A stretch of DNA of 64,000 bases from Vicugna vicugna (lineage: Eukaryota), in the NCBI GenBank assembly GCA_013265495.1, contig MU058337.1, forward strand, positions 3,962,880-4,026,879, written 5' to 3'. The stretch's first letter is position 1. Every line of letters starts with the position of its first letter. This document shows, piece by piece, positions 27,536-35,500 of this stretch. The notes below the pieces were generated by a model, which saw only the letters and a program-made list of their open reading frames with translations, was not told the DNA's origin and made no database searches. The position numbers and the translations under genes are program-made.

Positions 27536-27654
27536 GGCAGAGGTAGTGCTCAGTGGTACAAGCATGTGCCTAGCAAGCATGAGGTCCTGGGATCAATCCC
27601 CAAACCTCTATTAAAATTAAAAAAAAAAAACTAATTACCTCCCCCTACAAAAAA
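27536..27654 (+). mobile_element. tRNA-derived SINE (camelid Vic-1-like)
   Basis: A-box gtagtgctcagtgg, B-box-like gggatcaatcccc, A-rich linker, aattacctcccc module and A tail. Confidence 0.85.
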
Positions 27655-27706
27655 GTGTACAGTGTTCTGTGTCAATGATATCTCAATAAAACTAGAAGGA
27701 AAAAAA
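27655..27706 (+). mobile_element. L1 extreme 3' terminus directly fused to the SINE
   Basis: tacagtgttctgtgtcaatgatatctcaataaaactagaaggaaaaaaa, the same tail type as 9860-9948. Confidence 0.7.
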
Positions 27707-30679
27707 GAAAGATTTTTTTAAAAAAAATTAAAAACAAAGAGAAAGTGGAGAGAGAAAGAAAGAAAGGAAAGAACCTGTAATCCCAAATACAAAATGGGGA
27801 CATCCACCAAGTGTTGCCTTTGAAGACACCTCTGAAAGCTGAAGTGCCACTACCCGGAAGTGACCCATGACCTGACCTGCTGAAAGCAATTTCAGGGGCA
27901 CAGAATATGCCCTGGTTCTGACTATGCCACAGAAGATGCAGGGGTGCTCCAGGAACAAAATGCCCCTCCTGGGTTCACACCGTTCGTTCTCAGCAACGGA
28001 TTTATAAACCACGCACCCCACCCCTCGCCTAGTACACTAGTAATTCACACCTCGGCAGTAACTAGTCCAATAAATGCTTTTTCTTTGCTTAAGAAATTCA
28101 CTCTGGCTGGGATTGAACCATAGATTCTTAGTTCCAGAAGAACTAGAATCAACATGGTGATGCCCAGCTCCAGAAATAGTTATTTAATCAGCTCCCTGTT
28201 AAATACCCATGTGTTTGTAAGTTGCTAACCAGGGAAAGGTTCATGCTCACTGACTATATTGGCCTGAACTGAATAACCACAGTTTCGTGACTAAGGAAGT
28301 GACAGTCAGGCCAAAGCATCCACTTCTTTCCCATTTTCCACTGTCCAAGCACTTCTTCCAGCAATGAGGTCGGATGCCAGGCATTAACACTTTTTCCCCC
28401 TTCATAGGGAACCTGAATTTAAAGTTTTCTTATCCTCCCTCTTTCCGGTAAGGAAAAAAATTTTTTTTCATAGAAACTATTTATTGTAGAAGTTTCTTTG
28501 GAAAATAGGCCTTTGTTCAGAAAGTGAACTTTCCTTTTCATCAAGAATTCACATTCTTTAAGAAAGATTAACACTTGCAAAATTAACATTATAAATTATA
28601 TGAAAAGAGATCAACTTCGACTCTCAACCGAGTTATATTAAAACCCCTATTTCCTTATAAACTTCCATCATATATTTTCTTTTCTCTAATTTTATTACTC
28701 TAAAGTTCACCATAATACAGTTGTATTAGGACCAGGAAAATTAGTATTAAACTACTGGAAGTGAAAATCAAGGCACCTCTGATTCAGGGATTTTTTTTTT
28801 AAAACAGTGCCTCTGGATTAGTTTCCTGGCTGTTTATTACATATCTTAGCAAGAACCAAACTTTCTTTCAACAACATATACATAATTCAGAGGCTGGATT
28901 ACTCAAAATGAGAATGATAATGTCCTTATTCAGTATAAATTCCTCCATTTCCCTAGACCCCACAATATTTTGAAACATTATTTACAGCAGTGGTAAAATA
29001 CTTAATGAAAAGTCATGATCACATACCCACACAGAAAGTGTGACATTTCCTGCAGCGTCACTCACATGCAAATGATACCAAGAGGTCCTGCCCAAAATCT
29101 CTCTCTCTGCTCTTCCCTGAAGAAGTCTGGTTGTCCTGCTAAATCTAACACTAAAAACTTTGTCTTTGTGATACCACTTTAATTTTTAAGCAAGCTACAA
29201 CAAAAAAGAAGTCAACAGTCTGCAGCTTTGATAGGTTACTGGTATTAAATTACCAATGAGCCTTCCTCACAGTCTCTGAGAATACAGACAGAAGGTGGAT
29301 TTCAAAAAATGACAGTTTTTAATTATTTCCCTTATCTTTGAAGATTCTTTGAAGTGCAATAAAAGGATTCTAGGCATGAATGCACTATGTGTGCCAAAAA
29401 GGAGGTAGAATTAGACACGGAAATAGCATCCACCAATTTTGGACACTGCCCTCATTTTCCAGTTGCTTGGCCTTCTGCTAGATTTTTAAGACATGATTCT
29501 TCATTGAGAATGTAAATTCACATAAATCCATTTAGAATAGTGTTGAAAATGATCAGAGGGATACAAAGAGATGTGATTTACATTTGGGGGAATAAGCAGA
29601 CAAAGTTTTTCTGAGAAGGTCCCTAAGTGAAAAAGGCCAGTATCTCAGATTAGAGAGGCCTGGGGAGTGAGACAGGAACTCACCCTCACCTTCAGAACCT
29701 AGTGAGAAAATGCAAGGGCCCAGCCAACCCTGAGTGCTCAAGGTAGATTCAGGGGGAAGCAACAGACTTCCTGGATCGAGTGGAGAACAGGTATGTGATG
29801 TGCCCTGGATGTAGGATGCCATGGGTGTTTGGTGGGAAGAGGTTATTAAAAGCGTATAAACCCTACAGCCAGTTAGATGTCAAAGGAAATACTCAGTACA
29901 GGAAATGGCCTCTGGGAAGACAGAGGTAATTTTCTCTCTGAAAATTAAACCAGAAATATCAAATACCCAATGGTAGTGTCCATATGGTGAAGTCATCACA
30001 AGAGGAGTGTTATCTCAAGAGAAACAAAACAAAACAAAGCAAAACGAAAGAAAAGAAAAAGAAAAAAAATCAGAGTCCAGGTCATCTGAAAATGGATTGT
30101 AGAGTAAAATCTATAGAAAACAGAACTTCAGTACTGGCAATAACTCAATATAAAAAAGAACATGTGAGCAGAATAAATGTTATTTCATGTGACAGAGAAA
30201 AACGGCATCCTGAAATCTTGGCAGATTTTATCATGTGCAAGCCAAAGGAGGGCAGTGCCAAGACTTCGTCCATCAAGGCAACATAATTCTTAAAGGCGGG
30301 GATGATTTGTTTTAAGCGTCCTAGCCAGGGGAAAGAGTGCTTAAGAGTATCTACTGCCCCAGCTCAGAGTTCATCTTCAGTTAACTTTTTAAATTTAATT
30401 TTGCTTCCATAGGAGAGAATATGTGGACTGTGGATGACACTATCAATTTGCAAAGCTTCCTGTTGCAAAATGATGTATTTGCAGTCCAGTGTATTCATTC
30501 ATTTCTTGTAAATGGTGTATCTGTTCCTAGAAGATGACCAACACTTGGGACACTGAAAATCCAAACTGAGGGTTTCATTAAGAAACTTGTTCCTCTAAAG
30601 CTTGACTGGGTCACCAACCCGCTCCAATCTCTGTCATCTTTGTGATATTATTCTTTAAATTCAGTAAAGGTAGCAAAGC

Positions 30680-30944
30680 TTATTAATGCTGTGCAAGTAG
30701 TAGCTTTGAAGATGAAGGAAGAGGCCTTGAGCCAAGGAATGTGACTGTCCTCTAGAGGCCGTAAAAACCAAGGAAATAGATTCTCCCCAAAGGCCTCCAG
30801 AAGGAAGACCACTCTGCCAATACCTTGGTTTTAGCCCTGTGAGACCCATGTCGAACTTTCAGCCTACTGAAAGACAATAAAGTTGTGTCGTCTTAAGCTA
30901 CTATGTTTGTGGTAATTTGTCACAAAGTAATAGTAAATGAATAC
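30680..30944 (+). mobile_element. MLT1 (MLT1D-like) LTR, 3' half
   Basis: gctttgaagatgaaggaagaggccttgagccaaggaatg...gattctcccc...gcctccagaagga...tgtggtaatttgtcacaaagtaatagtaaatgaataca. Confidence 0.85.
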
Positions 30945-31069
30945 AGAATGTATTCAAGTACCACTGCATTATGATTTGATTGCATTTGACTTAAAGAAGC
31001 ACAGCTGTGTCACCTAGGCTCTAAAGAAATTATTTTGTCTATTAGGATGATTAAGATAATAGGCTTTGG

Positions 31070-31703
31070 CACTACTGCAGAACAGAAAACAGAAAAAAGA
31101 ATAACAAGGAATGAGGATAGTTTAAGAGAACTCTGGGACAACATGAAGCGCTCTAATATTTGCATTGTAGGGGTCCCAGAAAGAGAAGAGAGAGAGACAG
31201 GTCCTGAGAAAATTTTTGGAGAGATAATCACTGAAAACTTCCCCAACTTGGGAAAGGAAACAGTCACCCAAGTCCAGGAAGCGCAGAGTACCACACAGGA
31301 CCAACCCAAAGAGGAGCACACCAAGGCACATAGTCATCAAATTGACAAAAATTAAAGATAAGGAGAAGATATTAAAATTAGCAAGAGAAAAGCAACAAAT
31401 AACATACAAGGGAACTCCCATAAGGTTATCAGCTGATTTTTCAGCAGAAACTACAGGCCAGAAGGGCATGGCACGATATATTTAAAGTGATGCAAGGGGA
31501 AAACTTACAACCAAGAATACTCTATCCAGCAAGGCTCTCATTCAGACTTGATGGAGAAATCAAAAGCGTCACAGATAAACAAAAGCTAAAAGCATTCAGC
31601 ACCACCAAACCAGCTTTACAATAAATGTTAAAGGACCTTCTCTAGTCATTAAACCATAAGGAAAGAGGAAAAAAAAAAGAAAGAAAAAAAAAGAGACCTA
31701 CAA
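31070..31703 (+). mobile_element. L1 ORF1 C-terminal half (frameshifted) plus inter-ORF spacer
   Basis: Translates as EDSLRELWDNMKRSNICIVGVPEREE...ENFPNL, then in a shifted frame PRHIVIKLTKIKDKEKILK...YKGTPIRLSADFSAET. It ends MLKDLL* (TAG 31643-31645). Confidence 0.92.
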
Positions 31704-31985
31704 TAGGTTGCTTTGGCTGTTCAGGGTCTTTTGTGGTTCCTTACACATTCTGGAATTGTTTGTTCTAGTTCTGCGGGGAATGTCAGGAGTATTTTGGCAG
31801 GGGATGCATTGGATCTGCGGATTGCTTTGGGTCGTGTGGTCATTTTGATAGTGTTGATTCTTCCAATCCAAGAGCACAAGAAGTCTTTCCATTTCTTTGT
31901 GTCATTTCAGTTTTTGGAGTATAGATAACCTCCTTGGTTAAGTTTATTTCTAGGCATTTTGTTGTTTTTGATGTAATGGAAATGT
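31704..31985 (-). mobile_element. L1 ORF2 fragment (region after the RT domain), antisense
   Basis: Minus strand reads aaaatgcctagaaataaacttaaccaaggagg...ttggattggaagaatcaacactatcaaaatgacc...gccaaagcaa (YLGINLTKE / SWIGRIN-like region). Confidence 0.85.
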
Positions 31986-32054
31986 TATGCCAGTTATAAA
32001 ATTCTGATTTTTGAAGTGAAAAAAAAAAGTGAATGAAGGACTGCAAACGGCAAA

Positions 32055-32240
32055 GTATCCTTTCTTATGGGTGAGTGTATTCCATTACATATCTATCTAT
32101 CTATCTATCTATATACTGCATTTCCATTATCTATTCAACTATTGATGTGCACTTAGGGTGCTTCCATATCTTGGCAATTATAAATAATGTTGCTGTTAAT
32201 GGCAAGGGGTATATATCTTTTTGAATTAATTTTTATTTTG
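32055..32240 (-). mobile_element. L1 ORF2 C-terminal fragment, antisense, containing a short (ATCT)n run
   Basis: Minus strand reads ttatttataattgccaagatatggaagcaccctaagtg...atggaatacactcac (FTIAKxWKQPKC / MEYY-like region). Confidence 0.8.
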
Positions 32241-32351
32241 TGGTTGGCTTTATCCTTTTGATAACTATGTAAGTTTAAACAGCTAAAGCTCTAAACGTTC
32301 TTAGAAACAATGAACAGTACATACATGTAAATTTTTAAATATATGTGCAGT

Positions 32352-32875
32352 AAAAAAAAAAAGCTATCAAGCCATGAAAGACTTGGAGGAAACTTAAAAG
32401 ACATATTACTAAATGAAAGAAGCCAATCTGAAAAGGCTATAAAACTGTACAATTCCAACCAAATGACATTCTGGAAAAGGTGCAGCTACAGAAACAATAA
32501 AAAAGATCATGGTTTCCAGGGGCTTGGGGAGAGGGAGGGAAAGAGGGATGAATAGATGGAGCACAGGGGATTTTTAGGACAATGAAATGATTCTGTATGA
32601 TACTATAGTGGTGGCTACATGTCATTATGCATTTGTCAAAGCCCATAGAATGTACAACATCAAGAGTGAGCCCTAATGTAAACGATGGACTTTGGTTGAT
32701 AATAATGTGTCCATGTTGGTTCATTGATTGTACCAAATATTCCTCACTGATGAGGGGTGTTGAGGGTGGGGGAGTATATATGTGTGAGTGAAGAGGGCTA
32801 TGTGGGAGCTCTGTATTTTCTGCTCAATTCTGCTGTAAACCTGAAACTACTCTAAAAAATAAAGTCTATTAAATT
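32352..32875 (+). mobile_element. L1MC-type 3' UTR
   Basis: gctatcaagccatgaaagacttggaggaaacttaaa...acattctggaaaagg...tgctgtaaacctgaaactactctaaaaaataaagtctatt. Confidence 0.9.
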
Positions 32876-32910
32876 CTGGCGAAAAATTAAAATAAAGGTG
32901 TACTTTTAGT

Positions 32911-33043
32911 GGGGAGGGTAGTGCTCAGTGGTAGAGCGCAGGCTTAGCATTCATGAGGTCCTGGGTTCAATCCGCAGTGCCTCCATTAAAATAAATCAAT
33001 AAATAAACCCAATTACCCTCCCCCAAATAAAAAATAAATAAAA
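32911..33043 (+). mobile_element. tRNA-derived SINE (camelid Vic-1-like)
   Basis: ggggagggtagtgctcagtggtagagcgcaggcttagc...gaggtcctgggttcaatcc, followed by an A-rich linker, aattaccctcccc and an A tail. Confidence 0.9.
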
Positions 33044-33099
33044 GTGGAATTTTGAGCAAGTGGTGGGTAGAAAAAGTAAATAGGCATGATTTGCTATAT

Positions 33100-33715
33100 G
33101 CAACATATTATACATCTTCAAGGTCATGTTTACTCTGTTTTTCATTATAAAAGTATGTATTTTTTTCACTAAAAACCATACAAATTATAGAAAAATAAGT
33201 AACTTAGAATGAAAGTCTACCTTTTTCAATTGATCTCCCTAAATTTGTGTGCATCCTTCTCAACTTTTTACAAAACGTATGTACATAACTGTTTGTATAT
33301 ACATAAAGAAAATTACAGCTGTTCTTCTTTCGACACAAATGGTTATACCATGCATATTATTACTCATTTTGCTTTTTTAGTATAATGAGAAGTTTCTTCA
33401 GACAGTGCATATGGATTAACTCAGTCTTAGTAATGCCATGTAAAATTCCACGATAAATGTGGATGCACCATTATTTATTTAAGCATTCATCTATTAATAG
33501 ACATTTAGGTTATTTCCAATTTTTCTCTATGATAAATGGTTCTCTATGATAACTGACATCTCTCTACATATATTTTTGCAAACTCTCATAAATGCCTTAG
33601 TATCAATTCCTGGAATTGGAGTTGTTGGACAAGAGGTATGAGCACTTCAGCTTTGGAAAGATACTGTCAAATTGTGTTCCAAAAATGCCTTGCAAATTAA
33701 TACTCCCACCATGAT
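33100..33715 (-). mobile_element. Old L1 (L1ME-like) fragment
   Basis: agacatttaggttatttccaatttttctctatgataaat...aaagatactgtcaaattgtgttccaaaaa...tactcccacca. Confidence 0.75.
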
Positions 33716-33864
33716 CATGGATTTCTAGGCATCATTAATACTTACATAAAATTTTGAGAATAATAATTGAAGGCCAATACACACATAAAACACTTAAACA
33801 TAACTTATAGACAAGAAGGACAAGACATAAATAATGAACACTGTGTAACCTGTGGCTAATTCAG

Positions 33865-33928
33865 TCTGTTTATTTTTTCTCTTTGATGCTCCTGGCTTGA
33901 CTTCATGACGCCTCTACCTCATCTTCAG
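33865..33928 (+). other. Candidate 3' splice acceptor upstream of the SAMT-like ORF
   Basis: Pyrimidine-rich tract (tctgtttattttttctctttg...cctctacctcatcttcag) ending in CAG at 33926-33928, 10 nt before the ATG. An in-frame stop lies at 33906-33908. Confidence 0.5.
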
Positions 33929-33938
33929 TCAACGTGAA

Positions 33939-34586
33939 ATGAAGCTTTTGTTCTTCAAAGTGACGGGCCTTTTTCTTAGTTACTTGGTCTGGATTTTCAG
34001 CATAATTCTAGCCAGAAGCAGATCCTGGCACGTGTGGGAGTTTGACAGCAAGATTGTTCCCATTGTGTTCATTGGACTCTGGGAAGCTTTATATTTTCAG
34101 AAATTTAATGTCTCTGGCTCAATAGTTGAGTTGCTGATGCATAGCAAGATCAACTCGAGCTGGGTCATTTCAGATGAAATCTGGTATGGGCAGGACCTGA
34201 TGCTGTTGGCGAATTTTATGATGTCTACAGTCCTGATTTTTGGCTCAGTGGCACTTTGGGTCAGCCGGATCAAGGCCCCGTACCCAGGGTTCCTCCAATT
34301 GTGCTACAACACTGCTGCCTTGTTCCTTTTACTCAGCTGTAGTTGTACCATGATTTCAGTGAGCTGGAATTTCACTGTGGAATTTTATGGTGAAACCACC
34401 CTTGACTTTCCAATTACCTTTCCGGTTGAAAGAGAAATGCTGACAAAGAAACATATCTCTTACGTGTTCCCGCTAGGAATCACAACTACTATCCTCTCTC
34501 TGCTGAGCGCCACCATGTTCTCCTGTGAAACATGTCCAGTAAAACGGTGGACACTAGTGAAACCCTTGGGTGTGGCCAACTGTTGA
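33939..34586 (+). CDS. Claudin-superfamily tetraspan membrane protein, SAMT-like (spermatogenesis-associated multipass transmembrane; CLDN34-related group), 215 aa
   Basis: Intact 648-nt ORF with four hydrophobic segments (about aa 4-25, 87-108, 126-143, 173-194). It has the claudin-type W30...G46-L47-W48 motif in loop 1. The motifs WxxWEFD, IGLWEA, YGETTLDFP-x-TFPV and VFPLG match my recollection of mouse SAMT proteins. G at -3 of the ATG; AATAAA about 108 nt after the stop. Confidence 0.88.
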   Translation: MKLLFFKVTGLFLSYLVWIFSIILARSRSWHVWEFDSKIVPIVFIGLWEALYFQKFNVSGSIVELLMHSKINSSWVISDEIWYGQDLMLLANFMMSTVLIFGSVALWVSRIKAPYPGFLQLCYNTAALFLLLSCSCTMISVSWNFTVEFYGETTLDFPITFPVEREMLTKKHISYVFPLGITTTILSLLSATMFSCETCPVKRWTLVKPLGVANC

Positions 34587-34693
34587 AAACAAAAAGTCTG
34601 AACAAAGGACTACTATTTGGACTGGCTGGGAATAGTTTTCTTGAAGAAATTTCTACGTGCATGTCATATAGTCACAGTCACTGATTCATGTAA

Positions 34694-34699
34694 AATAAA
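34694..34699 (+). terminator. Polyadenylation signal (AATAAA) of the SAMT-like gene
   Basis: First canonical AATAAA after the stop codon at 34586. Confidence 0.6.
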
Positions 34700-34704
34700 A
34701 TATA

Positions 34705-34900
34705 TTTGGTTTAAAAAAATAGGCTTTGGAAGTAGACAAACCCAGATTCAAATTCCAGTTTGCACCATTTACCAGCAGTATGAGCAGATTACTTAAACTC
34801 TTTAAGCCTCAGCTTCATCATCCATTAAGTAAAGAGAATCCCTACCCTGCAGACTGTGTTGAGGGTTTAATAAGGCACAGTCGCCTAGTCTAGTAACAGC
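34705..34900 (+). mobile_element. MIR SINE immediately downstream of the gene's AATAAA
   Basis: aggctttggaagtagacaaacccagattcaaattccag...gcagattacttaaactctttaagcctcagcttcatcatc. Confidence 0.8.
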
Positions 34901-34974
34901 GTCTGTGCAGCACTCACACCCAGTGAAGTGTTTGATGAGGGGAAGTTATGCAATGATTTAAAAATTTAATTAAC

Positions 34975-35500
34975 ACTTCTATTAGATGCTGGGGCTGCAA
35001 CAATGAACATGACAGACGCTGAAAAATAGCCACATGACTTTAGTATCCTATAGATCAACCTTTGATGAACATGCAGGAAGTTCTGTTATCACGTAAGGGG
35101 TTCTTTGGCTGGATTTATGCATCAGAGAACACCTCTCAGGGGAAGTAAACTCCAAAGGAGGCCTAAAAGGTAAATGAGAAGGAGACAAATGAGCAAACAA
35201 AGAGTAGAAGGGCATTCTGTCCCAGGAACAATATGGTTTCGGGCACAGGAGCTCAGCAGACAGGGGAACTGAACATCCCAGGGAGGGAGGGACATGTCTG
35301 AGCTCAGCAGGGGCCAACATGGGAAATGCCTTTTATCCTCATTGCCTGATGAATTTCTTGGAATGTTTTAACTGGAGAAGAGACACGGGTCATGATTGTG
35401 TTTTAGAAAGATCTGTATAGCTACCGTGTCGAGTACAAATTTGTAAAAGTAAAAAGACAAAAAGTCAATAGGATACCCACTGGGAAAGGGTTGTAACAAT
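34975..35500 (-). mobile_element. L2 LINE fragments
   Basis: tagatgctggggctgcaacaatgaacatgacaga...tgtgttttagaaagatc. Confidence 0.6.

Noticed and set aside
27076..27546. 156-aa ORF
   Set aside because: It runs through an L3-like remnant and a purine tract into a SINE, with no recognisable domain.
31035..31355. ORF with real protein similarity
   Set aside because: A frameshifted L1 ORF1 fragment, not a host gene.
31070..31985. Classic twin-priming L1 5' inversion
   Set aside because: The junction is tail-to-tail and no sense 3' end with TSD belongs to the element.
32911..32985. tRNA gene calls here and at 27536 and 60957
   Set aside because: Degenerate tRNA-like heads followed by a shared SINE body and A tail; these are SINEs.
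33939..34586. Naming the gene CLDN34
   Set aside because: As I recall, CLDN34 keeps the loop-1 cysteines; this protein lacks them and fits SAMT motifs better. Orthology cannot be fixed without a search, so no symbol is given.
34713..34719. A7 run after AATAAA as a poly(A) remnant, implying a processed retrocopy
   Set aside because: It aligns with the MIR 5' head, no TSD was found, and an acceptor-like site lies upstream of the ORF.
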